Part shown: positions 13,281-26,460 of the stretch, one piece after another
Position numbering within the stretch: position 1 is the first letter of the stretch
Layout: each line of letters begins with the position of its first letter
Source of the DNA: Eledone cirrhosa
Lineage: Eukaryota
Assembly: GCA_964016885.1 (NCBI GenBank)
Contig: OZ024761.1
Location: 8,866,001 to 8,930,000, forward strand
DNA: 64,000 bases
Direction of reading: 5' to 3'
The notes under the pieces: model-generated
Seen by the model: only the letters and a program-made list of their open reading frames with translations
Database searches by the model: none
What the model was told of the DNA's origin: nothing
Made by a program: the position numbers and the translations under genes

Positions 13281-14165
13281 AGAAGAGGAAGCAGCTGGAA
13301 AAGCCCTAGCATTTGCTTGTTTTCCTGTCCTCTGTATTGCTGGCTGCAGTACCGGGGTTTGTGGCTGAAGCAACTAAGTTGAAGGAAGAAAATTATAAGA
13401 ATAAGTTTTGTTAAATTATTAAAAAGCAATACACAGAGTAGGTTAACCCTTTAATGTTCAAACCGGCCAGAATTCTCTACCTCTTTCTGTTGAAACTGGC
13501 TGTAACTGGTCGCTCAAACTGATGTTAAGGTATTATTGTTCTCAAAATAAATACGTTCAAAATCCCATAGATTCGATATTATGTGAGATAATTATGTGAG
13601 GTAAAGCCTTTACCATGAAAATATAATAGTATATATAGAGTAATGTAAATGGTGAAGGGTTAAAGTAATGTTCATGATTTGTTGGGAAGACAAGACTTCT
13701 GTGTATGATGGTTGTTATTGTTGTTGTAGTTAGTGTTGTCGTTGTTGTTGCTGTTGTTGTCGTCATTGAGTTAACCCCTCCTCCCCGCAACCAGTATCGA
13801 GATAAGATATTGTTTGTTTCTTAATTAATTAACACAAACAACCAACAGAAACAACATCAACAACACCAACACCACTAACAACTACAACAATAACAACAAC
13901 ATTGACAACAAAAGCAACACCACTACCACCACCAACTACAACAGCATCATCAACAACAACACCCTCACCAATATCATGAACACCACCACACCCACCACCA
14001 CCACCACAACAGCAACAACACCATCATCAGCACGAATACCACTACCACCAACACCCATTAACACCACCACAACAGCAACAGCAATAATCACAATTAAACA
14101 GCTGGAGATAAGAACATTTACTCACAAATGGGTCCATTAGAAGTCCCACTTATCACCCCTGTATA

Positions 14166-14545
14166 CAGGGTGCGGACAATATTTGTTCGCAAGATTACTG
14201 TCTAGGAAAAAGTAACACAGTAGTTTTATTTTTTAAGATATATTTATCAAACTTGGGTCAGTTTGTCTTCATGACTTGTTCTTTCGATCTCACTCAATAA
14301 ACCCGCCATTGGCTTTGATGACGGCCTCAAGGTGGCCTTGGAACCGGCTACAGGCCTTCGTCACTGTCCCCCGATTTAGGCCCCTAAAGGCACTTGTGAT
14401 CCTGGCCTTCAGATCGTATTTCGTATTGCAGCTAGATCTGTTGGTGTCTCGTTCCACTGCACCCCACACAAAGAAGTCGAGGGGGTTGCAGTCAGGCGAG
14501 CTGGGAGGCCAGATGTCAGGTGAAGTGTGGTCGACGAAATTATGT
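14166..14545 (-). mobile_element. Tc1/mariner transposase C-terminal relic with one TIR
   Basis: WPPSSPDCNPLDFFVWG...KACSRFQGHLEAVIKANGGFIE*; end TA|CAGGGTG. Confidence 0.8.
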
Positions 14546-15865
14546 TTCCTCCCGTTGTATTGTAATGTCTATTCCATTTTTATTTTTATTTCATTTTACA
14601 TTATGTAAATCACATACACACACATATTATGTAAATCACATACACACACATGTTATGTAAATCGTGCACACACACACACATGTGTATGCATATATTTACC
14701 TTTGTAAATGAGACATTTACTGTAACAGATTAATGTATGTACACACAATTCACGTAACCACGAACTCTCGTTTGTGATAAACTTTAATGTATTCAGTTTT
14801 TCTGTTCACAAACTTCAATTCCTGCCAAGGTCAACTTAACCTTTTTCTTTCTTTCATTCTTTCTTTCGTTCTTTCGTTCTTTCTTTCGTTCTTCTTCTTT
14901 GCCTTCTTCTTCTTCTTCTTCTTCTTCTTTGCCTTCTTCTTCTTTGCCTTCTTCTTCTTTGCCTTCTTCTTCTTTGCCTTCTTCTTCTTTGCCTTCTTCT
15001 TCTTCTTCTGTCGTCGGGGGATGGGCAGAGTCCTGAAACACTCCTTCCCACGCTAGCATGGGTTAGTATGTCATCATCAATGTTTAACGTCCATCTTCCA
15101 CGCTAGCATGGGTTAGACGGGAATTGTCTCATTTGAAGCAAGATTGGTCAGGTGACCATTTCTCACTCATACACAACTGTATCTGGCAGGTTTTCTATGG
15201 TTGGATGCCCTTCCTAACACCAACCACATTGACAGTGTGGACTGGGAGCTTTTTTACCGTTTCTTCTACACGGTCACTTTACAGTATGGACTGGGAGCTT
15301 TTTGTTGTGACACGTACATGACCACTACAGTGTAGACTGGGAGCCTTTTTACTGTGTCTCCTACACAACCACTTTACAGTGTGGACTGGGAGCCTTTTTA
15401 CTGTGTCTCCTACACAACCACTTTACAGTGTGGACTGGGAGCCTTTTTACCGTGTCTCCTACACAACCACTTTACAGTGTGGACTGGGAGCCTTTTTACT
15501 GTGTCTCCTACACAACCACTTTACAGTGTGGACTGGGAGCCTTTTTACTGTGTCTCCTACACAACCACTTTACAGTGTGGACTGGGAGCCTTTTTACTGT
15601 GTCTCCTACACAACCACTTTACAGTGTGGACTGGGAGCCTTTTTACCGTGTCTCCTACACAACCACTTTACAGTGTGGATTGGATTATAACAGTAAGTAG
15701 CGAGGTGTTTGAGAGACCAAGGAGACCAGATGTTTCCACTGTTATTGGTTCAACAGTAAATATGTCAGAAGGTAGCTGACATTCCAACAGCTTGCAAATG
15801 TTCAGCTTGTTGGGCAGAGAAATCTGTGTCTGTCACTGACTTCATCTGGTTATTTCTAGGGACAG

Positions 15866-16216
15866 GATTTCGAGGGTGGTGGATTGGAAGTATCAGTCGA
15901 GCGTCAGACACCATCCCTACAGGGTCGATAAAATAAAGTACTAGTAATGTACTGGGGTCGATTTAATCGACTTTCCCCCCTCCCCCCAAATTGCTGGCCT
16001 TGTGCCTATATAAGAAACCATTATATTGGCAAAATCTGTAGAGCATCTAGACACCATGCTTTGCAGCATAGAGTTATGACCCTTTACGTTCTGAGTTTAA
16101 ATCGTGCTGAGGTTAACTTTGCCTTTCATCCTTATGGGGAGGGGGGGGGAGATAAAATAAAGTACCAGTAATGCATTGGGGGTATTTGCTGGCCTTGTGT
16201 GCCAAAAGTAGAAACA
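15866..16216 (+). mobile_element. Meta-like SINE composite with 17-bp TSD
   Basis: GTTATTTCTAGGGACAG at 15849-15865 and 16217-16233. Confidence 0.75.
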
Positions 16217-16328
16217 GTTATTTCTAGGGACAGTTGTTGTATTCTACAGTGAAAGCTGGAACAATGTGTATAAATACACGCACACTCTCAGAGAGAGTGA
16301 GGGAGACAGAGAGAGGGAGACAGAGAGA

Positions 16329-16391
<63 letters not shown>

Positions 16392-16599
16392 GTGTTATAT
16401 ATGTATAAGGCTATATCCGAAGTTGATAGAACATTCTATATGTGGAACTAATCCCTCTCTCTATCAGTAATTCCCAACTTGGGGTATTGGGCTTCATGCT
16501 CTAAAGGGGGGGGGGGGGGCAATTTGAAAATGATGTTAATGAGAGCAAACTTTAGGTTTTACCTTATTACTTTTACACCAAGGCAACTTTGGAACAAAT

Positions 16600-19012
16600 T
16601 ACTGTCGGAAACTCCTATACACCACCTCCTCCACATGTTATTGTACATCTGGTATCACCTATACCAAGGTATCTTTGGTAGACATTACTGTCGGAAAATC
16701 CTGTCTCACCTCCTCCACATGTTATTGTACATCTGGTATCACCTATACCAAGGTGTCTTTGGTAGACATTATTGTCGGAAACTCCTATACACCACCTCCT
16801 CCATATGTTATTGTACATCTGGTATCACCTATACCAAGGTATCTTTGGTAGACATTACTGTCGGAAACTCCTGTCTCACCTCCTCCACATGTTATTGTAC
16901 ATCTGGTATCACCTATACCAAGGTGTCTTTGGTAGACATTACTGTCAGAAACTCCTGTCTCACCTCCTCCACATGTTATTGTACATCTGGTATCACCTAT
17001 ACCAAGGTGTCTTTGGTAGACATTACTGTCAGAAACTCCTGTCTCACCTCCTCCACATGTTATTGTACATCTGGTATCACCTATACCAAGGTATCTTTGG
17101 TAGACATTACTGTCGGAAACTCCTGTCTCACCTCCTCCACATGTTATTGTACATCTGGTATCACCTATACCAAGGTGTCTTTGGTAGACATTACTGTCAG
17201 AAACTCCTGTCTCACCTCCTCCACATGTTATTGTACATCTGGTATCACCTATACCAAGGTGTCTTTGGTAGACATTACTGTCAGAAACTCCTGTCTCACC
17301 TCCTCCACATGTTATTGTACATCTGGTATCACCTATACCAAGGTGTCTTTGGTAGACATTACTGTCAGAAACTCCTGTCTCACCTCCTCCACATGTTATT
17401 CTACATCTGGTATCACCTATACCAAGGTATCTTTGGTAGACATTACTGTCGGAAACTCCTGTCTCACCTCCTCCACATGTTATTGTACATCTGGTATCAC
17501 CTATACCAAATTATCTTTGGTAGACATTACTGTCGGAAACTCCTGTCTCACCTCCTCCACATGTTATTGTACATCTGGTATCACCTATACCAAGGTATCT
17601 TTGGTAGACATTACTGTCGGAAACTCCTGTCTCACCTCCTCCACATGTTATTGTACATCTGGTATCACCTATACCAAGGTGTCTTTGGTAGACATTACTG
17701 TCGGAAAATCCTGTCTCACCTCCTCCACATGTTATTGTACATCTGGTATCACCTATACCAAGGTATCTTTGGTAGACATTATTGTCGGAAACTCCTGTCT
17801 CACCTCCTCCACATGTTATTGTACATCTGGTATCACCTATACCAAGGTATCTTTGGTAGACATTACTGTCGGAAAATCCTGTCTCACCTCCTCCACATGT
17901 TATTGTACATCTGGTATCACCTATACCAAGGTGTCTTTGGTAGACATTACTGTCAGAAACTCCTGTCTCACCTCCTCCACATGTTATTGTACATCTGGTA
18001 TCACCTATACCAAGGTATCTTTGGTAGACATTATTGTCGGAAACTCCTGTCTCACCTCCTCCACATGTTATTGTACATCTGGTATCACCTATACCAAGGT
18101 ATCTTTGGTAGACATTGCTGTCGGAAAATCCTGTCTCACCTCCTCCACATGTTATTGTACATCTGGTATCACCTATACCAAGGTATCTTTGGTAGACATT
18201 ATTGTCGGAAACTCCTGTCTCACCTCTTCCACATGTTATTGTACATCTGGTATCACCTATACCAAGGTGTCTTTGGTAGACATTACTGTCAGAAACTCCT
18301 GTCTCACCTCCTCCACATGTTATTGTACATCTGGTATCACCTATACCAAGGTATCTTTGGTAGACATTACTGTCGGAAACTCCTGTCTCACCTCCTCCAC
18401 ATGTTATTGTACATCTGGTATCACCTATACCAAGGTATCTTTGGTAGACATTATTGTCGGAAACTCCTGTCTCACCTCCTCCACATGTTATTGTACATCT
18501 GGTATCACCTATACCAAGGTGTCTTTGGTAGACATTACTGTCAGAAACTCCTGTCTCACCTCCTCCACATGTTATTGTACATCTGGTATCACCTATACCA
18601 AGGTATCTTTGGTAGACATTACTGTCGGAAAATCCTGTCTCACCTCCTCCACATGTTATTGTACATCTGGTATCACCTATACCAAGGTATCTTTGGTAGA
18701 CATTACTGTCAGAAACTCCTGTCTCACCTCCTCCACATGTTATTGTACATCTGGTATCACCTATACCAAGGTATCTTTGGTAGACATTATTGTCGGAAAC
18801 TCCTGTCTCACCTCCTCCACATGTTATTGTACATCTGGTATCACCTATACCAAGGTATCTTTGGTAGACATTACTGTCGGAAACTCCTGTCTCACCTCCT
18901 CCACATGTTATTGTACATCTGGTATCACCTATACCAAATTATCTTTGGTAGACATTACTGTCAGAAACTCCTGTCTCACCTCCTCCACATGTTATTCTAC
19001 ATCTGGTATCAC
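16600..19012. repeat. 84-bp tandem array, ~29 copies
   Basis: Unit ACTGTCGGAAACTCCTGTCTCACCTCCTCC...GGTAGACATT. Confidence 0.97.
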
Positions 19013-19485
19013 CCATATGCCAATCCGTTTACATTTTGTAGTTGATCATCGCTGTTTTAATATCTAAGTGGGGCATAAAAATGTTTGAGATGTTGAGGTG
19101 GAGCATGGGGCAGAAAAGATTGAGAACCTCTGCTCTATATATATAATATATAGTTAAAAGGTAAAGTAAAAAGCCCAGAGGTATATTTAAACATTATCTT
19201 CTTCTTTAATCTGACAGAATGAATAATTTTATAATTGTTACATTAAATAGATTTAAATTTTATCAAATATTACTAGTTTTAATTGGTAGGTCAACCTTAT
19301 CAAATATTAAAATAAGTTTGTTTTCATTCTGTGGGCAGTTATATATATATATATATATATCATCATCATCATCATGATCACCGTTTTACGTCCATTCTTC
19401 CACGCTAGCATGGGTAAGATGGGTTGTCCTGTTGTGGGCAGTGTTCTGTCGGCTGACCATGCCTTGCTCATATATATATATATAT

Positions 19486-20843
19486 AAATCAAGAAAGAAG
19501 AGTGACACGGTTTGCTATACAAAAAAGGTTTTTAATCACATTGCTGACAATTGTTTCTCTGAACTGGTAGGTCTAGAGATTGCTACCCGCCTGTTTTCGC
19601 GTCAATCGATCACCAATACATAGTTGTAACCAGTCAATTCATCAGAGCTAGCGAGAATGAAGGGAATACACAGGCATGGCTTCTATATATAGTAGTAATG
19701 GCATTCAATCAGAACAATAACAACAATACTAACAATGCTAGCAATAAATTATTTGAAATAATCACAACATCAATCTAAGTAAGACATAGTGTATACCTAC
19801 GACCTTAGCATGTAAAACGAGCTGATATGAGGCAGATGTATGAAATTGACATGGGGTGTATTATATATAGTGTAGAGATAAGCAGGGGCTTTAAACAATG
19901 TACCATTTCCTTTACCGTAGGTCTGGTGACCGTAAGAATTATTTATTATCTGACAGATAAAATATTTATCATTGTAGTGAGGATAGTAATATTTGTGGTG
20001 TGAAGTGGATTCAATATTTATGTGGTCTATATTAGATGAAGGGATTGTTAGTTCGAATCATGGGGTTGTTTAGCTTTCACATCATCAATAACATACATGT
20101 ATAAGATAACATTAACAAGTAGCAATATAATAGGTAAGTTAATACAGAGGTTAAGGAGGCAATATATATATATAGAGAGAAAACATGCTGACTACAATTA
20201 TAACAACAGGAAGAAGGTGATGTTTTACTGTGGTAGTATCCTGAAAATGTACTTGGATTTAGGTTCATCTGTTGAGAATCAAGGGTGAGGAAGTTGTGTT
20301 GACAGCAGCTGAGAAGGGATATATTTATGGGTTGATAAGATATTTGCAGACATTACTGTGGTACAGAATTAAGAAGGCTAGAATCTGCTTAATGAGTATT
20401 ATAGTTCTGTGGTGGTCTGTGTAATAGTGTGGATATCATATGTTGAATGCTAAGTTATGTTGGCTCGATTCACGGTGACTTAAATCTTGTGAATTTAGTG
20501 GTGATCCTGTGTCTGCAAAAAATTGATCTTTCTATCTTGTTGTTGAGTAGCCTTTTTACATTCCTAAGGATATATTGTAATTCAAGATCTACCAGTTCAG
20601 AGAAACAATTGTCAGCAATGAGATTAAAAACCTTTATTGTATAGCAAACCGTGTCACTCTTCTTTCCTGATTTATCATTACTCCAAGTGTTAACAACATA
20701 GAAATCACCGCGTACTCGCAGCATCACTATGGAAACGCCTTGTTGAGTCAAACTTAGCCAAGCGTTGATATCATCCACTACTCGGAGTACCCTAACTGGA
20801 CTACACCTAAGTAGACTACCTATAACAATAATCTGTTATCCCG

Positions 20844-20845
<2 letters not shown>
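19486..20845. mobile_element. (TA)n-embedded element with ~88-bp inverted repeats carrying half-hammerheads
   Basis: 19486-19574 is the reverse complement of 20585-20673; each arm contains GAAAcaattgTCagca. Confidence 0.5.
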
Positions 20846-20915
<70 letters not shown>

Positions 20916-21144
20916 TATATATATATAAACAATGAGTTATATGGTTTGTTGATTATTATTCGCCATTAGCAAGTTTATACTATTAAGACTATGCTAAGGT
21001 ATGTCAATATCTTAACACCAAATATTATATTTCTGTGCAGTTGCACCTGTCGCTAAGATGGACACATCTTTCAAATCGACCCACGTTGAGCAATAAAAAA
21101 TCGATAGCAAAATTATTCATTTGCATTATTAAAGACTTCTGCCT

Positions 21145-22058
21145 CCAAAAAGCCCTAAAAAGCTGAAAAAAATGAAGTTTTTCACCTGATGCGGGCCCTA
21201 GGCCATAAAAAAGTTGGATTTTCTTTGCTCACGGTATGAAGAAGAGACTGACTAATACATAGTTACAATTTCAAGGAAATCGGTCTCAAAAAACCCCTAA
21301 AAATGTTAAACAACGCAGTTTTTCACCTAATGCGGGCTCTATGTGCATAACACTCCCTGAAACATAAGTAATACACATGTAAAGTTTGAGAAAAAGTCGG
21401 TTAGGTACTTCTCTAGTTTTAGGGATACAAACTCACAGACAGACATCCTCAGGGAAGTGACGTAATGCAGACAGCAGACATACAGACAGATATAAGGGTG
21501 CAACGTTATATGTATGTATCTATCTAAAAAGAGAAAGACTAAGAATTATAGAGAGAGATCGCTAAATCGCCTAATGTGGTCTCTAGGGCATTGAAAATTT
21601 GACATTTTTTTTTGCTCAGAACACTCCCTGAAAATAAGTATTACATGCGTAAAGTTTGAAAACAGTCGGTTGGGTGGTTCTCGAGTTTTAGGGATTTAAA
21701 CTCACACACACACACAGACATCCTCAGTTTTATATATATAGACTAGCAGAAAACCACCCGGAGGCGGTTTTCTGCTAGTCTATATATCTAAAACAGAGAA
21801 TGTCTGTCTCTCTGTCAGCTCACTAAAACTTGAGAACCATCCAACCGATTGTTTTCAAACTTTAGACATGTAATACTTATGGTCCTGTGAGTGTTTTGAG
21901 CAAAAATTATTTCAAATTTTCCATGCCCTAGGGACCGCATTAGGCGATTTAGCGTTCTCTCTATATAATTCTTAATCTTTCTTTTTAGATAGATACATAG
22001 ATATAACGTTGCGCCCTTATAATATCTGTCTGTATGTCTGGCTGTCTGCATTACGTCA
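21145..22058. mobile_element. Back-to-back Helitron-derived fragments
   Basis: Homologous to 51673-52000 on both strands, diverging from ~21760. Confidence 0.65.
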
Positions 22059-22276
22059 TTATGACGCGCTCAGTGTGTGTGTGTATATATATATATGTAT
22101 CGTAATGCAGACAGCAAGACATAGCTTTCCTTCCCCTCTTCCAGCGTCTCTCTCTCTCCCTCCCGCTATCCACCTCTTGTAGTCTGTCTCTTTCTTTCAC
22201 TCTCACTCTCTCTCTACGCGTCGGACAGACAGACAGAGAAATTGCTGGTTATATATTATAAGGAGATTATAGATAT

Positions 22277-22331
22277 ACTGCTATATATATTTCGGTGACA
22301 GCCATCATTGACTGTGACCTCTTCAGGCAGT
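22277..22331 (-). ncRNA. Hammerhead motif
   Basis: actgc CTGAAGA ggtcacagtca-atga-tggctgtcacc GAAA tatata TA gcagt. Confidence 0.75.
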
Positions 22332-22635
22332 CCGAATTGGTGTGGGAAAGACAGGTACACATGTTGTTGAAGTGTGTTTTACTCTGTCAATACATCGATA
22401 TGTCCGACTCTTGGTTGTGTTGTTATTTCCCTGAGGAACTGTATATATATATAAATATAATAACATTAATAAAATGGTGGTGTTACATAAATCGTTTATT
22501 CACTCTAATTATTTCAGTGGTTCTCCATCTACAAACTACAAATGTTGAGAGCTTTCTCCTAGTTGCTCCTGTTTTTACCAAAACAATCTCTTTAGAACAT
22601 ATATATATATTTATTTATAAAACTGATCTATATTA

Positions 22636-22700
22636 TATTTTCTCTGATGAAAGCACACCATAATTTAACTTGGTGTCCTTGAAATATGTATAATGAAATA
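22636..22700 (+). ncRNA. Hammerhead motif (family X, one stem I mismatch)
   Basis: tattttct CTGATGA aagcacacca...tggtgtcctt GAAA tatgta TA atgaaata. Confidence 0.65.
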
Positions 22701-22755
22701 AATATGGTTTTATAAATATAGTTTCCATTTGTTAATATTGTATATATATATATGA

Positions 22756-23082
22756 AGGCACATGGCTTAGTGGTTAGAGCATTGGGCTTGCAATCGAAAG
22801 GTTGTGAGTTCAACTCTCAGACCGGGTGATGTGTTGTTTCCTTGAGCAAGACACTTTATTTCACATTGCACCAGTTTACTCAGCTGTAGAAATGAGATGA
22901 TAGGGACCCCAGTCCCTATCATTCCACTGCAAAGTGGTCGTGGAGGTGCCACGGCAAAAAAAGCACCCATCACTCACTGTAAATGAGGTTGGTGTTAGGA
23001 AGGGCATCCAGCTGTAGAAATCAAGCCAGAATCAGTTCCCGTCCCACCCTTGCAAGCAGGGAAAAGTGGACGTAAAATGATG
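22756..23082 (+). mobile_element. tRNA-derived CORE-type SINE with RTE-like tail (other copies 31113-31460-, 37290-38112-, 41388-41771-, 44850-45138+, 50209-50665+)
   Basis: TGGCTTAGTGG A box, GAGTTCAA B box, CORE-like TCCTTGAGCAAGACACTT, tail GTTGGTGTTAGGAAGGGCATCC shared with the RTE 3'UTR, (GAT)n end. Confidence 0.8.
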
Positions 23083-23094
23083 ATATATATATAT

Positions 23095-23874
23095 ATATCT
23101 TACGTCGTATACAGACTAGAGTGTGACAAATGCAACAACTTCTACGTAGGTAGCACCACCAGACCACTCCACATAAGAATAAAAGAACACCTCAATACTA
23201 ACGCTTCCTCATTTAAGAAACACTTAGTTAAATGCAAAAACACCGACAAAACCATAACAGTTAGGATAGAAACTAAGGAAAGAAACCTCGGCAATCTTAG
23301 AATTAAGGAAGCACTAATTATAGATAAAACACAACCACCAATCAATAATAGCCCCATATTTACACACCCCACACACACACACGCTTACACCTCCACTTAT
23401 TCTCTCTCACACATACACACACAAAACCAGTTCTAACACCAGATAACACCTATCCCCCACATTTACGAATAGACTTATCTTCTCACACTCACACACACAC
23501 ACACACATACTTACACCTTCATGCATTCTCCCACACACTTATACAGGCATGTATATAAAATAAAAAATAAAAAAACCCCTAAACAAACCCCTTTTAAAGG
23601 GAGACTACTCTTTATCCACCTAATTTTAACTCTTTGACATTAGAGATAGAACAGATACTCTATACCATTTCCTGTCAGCATGGCTTGGCAAGATATTTAG
23701 AACACTGGTTTGAGACCTTTACTTCCCTCTGAAGAAGAGATATTATCTCGAAAATTAAGGACATTTAAATAAATCTAAGGTAAAGGACGAATTATCAACA
23801 ATATCTTTTACAATTGCATTCTTTTTTCTATGTCCATACCTGCATTGTTTTGGCTTTATTATACATATTCAAAC

Positions 23875-23875
<1 letters not shown>
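23095..23875 (+). mobile_element. 5'-truncated Penelope-like element: GIY-YIG endonuclease fragment and pLTR
   Basis: VVYRLECDKCNNFYVGSTTRPLHIRIKEH...LRIKEALII...PPIN; downstream hammerhead; (TA)n flanks. Confidence 0.85.
23726..23760 (+). ncRNA. Minimal hammerhead in the Penelope-like pLTR downstream of the GIY-YIG ORF
   Basis: cct CTGAAGA a gagat-att-atctc GAAA at TA agg. Confidence 0.7.
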
Positions 23876-23948
<73 letters not shown>

Positions 23949-24297
23949 ACCCTGGTATTTGCTGGAGTTACGTTCCTCAAGCAAAAAGTGAAAAACTATG
24001 AATATTGATGTGCTCCATAATAAATGCCTATAAATGTCAAAATATAACGTAAAATATAATTAAAAATATAGGGACCGTCTTATGCCAAGGGCCGTCCAAT
24101 AGGCCGGCAAATACTGTATATTATTGTTGATAATTTAGCATTTAAAAAATATATATATTGCCTAGAAAAAAATTGTGGAAGATATTTACGATTCCACGAA
24201 TACACGGTGGTTTCCATGAATTATTAGTTAGATTCTGAGGAAAATTCCGCGAATAACTGTGACTGCAAATGTCATGACTGTGAATACCGGGAGTACA

Positions 24298-24328
<31 letters not shown>

Positions 24329-24489
24329 CCAGGGGTACACTGTATATATATACTGGGGGTACACTGTATATATATATATATATATATACCGGGGTTACAC
24401 TATATATATATATATATACTAGGGGTACATTGTATATATATATTTACCAGGGGTACACTGTATATATACTGTATATATATATATATATA

Positions 24490-25060
24490 TACAGCTGTAT
24501 AAAAAAGTGCAGGGCAATAAAAATAGACGGTAGCCACGGAGTAGGCAGACCCCGAAAAACCTGGGACGACTTGATAAATTCCGACCTCACACACTTACAC
24601 CTCTCCAAGACAATGTCACTGGACCGAGATCTTTGGCGCTACACAGTAATAGAGAAGACCCGCCTTACCTAAGTGCAAAATGAAACCTACTACAGTCAGT
24701 AGGCACCTCTAACAAAATACACCCCCGTCACACTACCCCCACCTCATCCACACCACCCCCTTTCGATGTAAAGTTATGTTGGTACCACAACATCCAGCCC
24801 GAAACAAACGAGGTCGTGTAGGTGTCACAACAAAAAAAACACAGACAGTCCACGCTGTAATGTGGCCGTGTAGGTAACACGGTAAAAAGTTCCCAGTTCC
24901 ACACTGTAAATGTGGTTGGTGTTAGGAAGGGCATCCAGCTGTAGAAAACCCGCCAGACAGTCCTATGCGAGCGAGACAACCACTCTTGCCTCAAGTGGGA
25001 AAACTCCTGTCCAAACCCATGCGAGCGTGGAACACGGACGTTATACGATGATGATGATGA
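24490..25060 (+). mobile_element. RTE 3' end (same family as 27263-29395)
   Basis: SCIKKCRAIKIDGSHGVGRPRKTW...EKTRLT, 3'UTR and GAT tail. Confidence 0.85.
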
Positions 25061-25079
25061 TATATATACCGGGGGTACA

Positions 25080-25128
<49 letters not shown>

Positions 25129-25187
25129 GGGGGTACACTATATATATATATATATATATACTGGGGGTACACTGTATATATATATAT

Positions 25188-25890
25188 CATCATCATCATC
25201 AATTTACGTCCGCTTTTCCCTGCTTGCAAGGGTGGGACGGGTCCTATTCAGCACACCATCTCTCCACTTGTCACGGTCCTTCGTCATCTCCTCCGTGAGC
25301 TTCAGCGATCTGAGGTCTGTTCTCACCACCTCCGCCCATGTTTTTCGTGGTCTTCCTCTACTGTGTCTTCCTTCTACTGGGATTTCTTGGCACGTCTTCA
25401 CCCTTGGTTATCCTCCATGCGCATCACATGTCCATACCATCTCAGCTTTCTCTCCTGCACACCACAACTTATCCCTCTCACACCCAGTTTCTTTCTCAAC
25501 TCGTCTATGCTTGCTCGTTCACGCACCTTGACATTGCACATCCAACGGAGCATACTTGCTTCATTTCTTTCCAGCCGTCACATATCTTCTGCAGTTGCTG
25601 CCCATGTCTCGCTACCATGCAGCATCGCGCATCTCACACAGGCATAATATAACCTTCCTTTTGTATGCAGGGAGAAACCCTTCTTTGTCAACAGAGGAAG
25701 CAGCTCCCTAAACTTCTTCCAACCCGTCCTTATTCTAGATACTATGGCCTCGGACCCCCCCCCCCCCCTCATGCTAATCTGATCACTTACATACCAGAAT
25801 CTATCAACCACTTCTATAGAACCCACCTGCATTTGAAAAATGTGTCTATCACTGAGATTACTACTGTCAACTTTCCCTGTACATCTCCTG
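25188..25890 (-). mobile_element. RTE 3' fragment (second subfamily), frameshifted
   Basis: GWKKFRELLPLLTKKGFSL...MLHGSETW...RGRPRKTW. Confidence 0.85.
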
Positions 25891-25904
25891 CATATATATA
25901 TATA

Positions 25905-26460
25905 TCATCATCATCATCATCGTTTAACGTTCATCTTCCACGCTAGCATGGGTCTGGATGGGAATTGTCCCACTTGAGGCAAGATTGATTGTCTTGTTCA
26001 GGACTGTCTGGCGGGTTTTCTACGGCTGGATGCCCTTCCTAACACCAACCACATTTACAGTGTGGACTGGGAGGTTTCTACCGTGTTACCTACACGGCCA
26101 CATTACAGCGTGGACTGTGTGTTTTTTTGTCGTGACACCTACACAACCTCATTTATTTAGGACTGGATGTTGTGGTACCAACATAACTTTACATTGAAAG
26201 GGGTGGTGTAGATGGCGGTGGGGGTAGGGTTAGTGGGACGGGGGAGTATTTTGGTTAAGAGGTGCCTACTGACTGTAGTTTTCGCTTTGTACTTTGGCAA
26301 GGCGGGTCTTCTGTATTACTACGTAGCGCCAAAGATCTCGGTCCCGTGACATTGTCTTGGAGAGGTGTAAGTGTGTGAGGTCGGATTTTATCAAGTCGTC
26401 CCTGGTTTTTCTGGGTCTGCCTACTCCGTAGCTACCGTCTATTTTGATCGCCTTGCACTT
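25905..26460 (-). mobile_element. RTE 3' end
   Basis: CKAIKIDGSYGVGRPRKT..., 3'UTR and GAT tail. Confidence 0.8.

Noticed and set aside
14126-14719. Two further minus-strand exon candidates (~14719-14700 and ~14158-14126)
   Set aside because: Phase leads to a stop in the downstream chain, and one acceptor overlaps a Tc1 terminus.
16479-19067. 862-aa and 757-aa ORFs, and a minus-strand CTITCGGG (TSP1-like) motif
   Set aside because: By-products of an 84-bp unit (a multiple of 3) that is open in several frames; the minus frame has stops near 17510 and 18940; no unique coding flanks.
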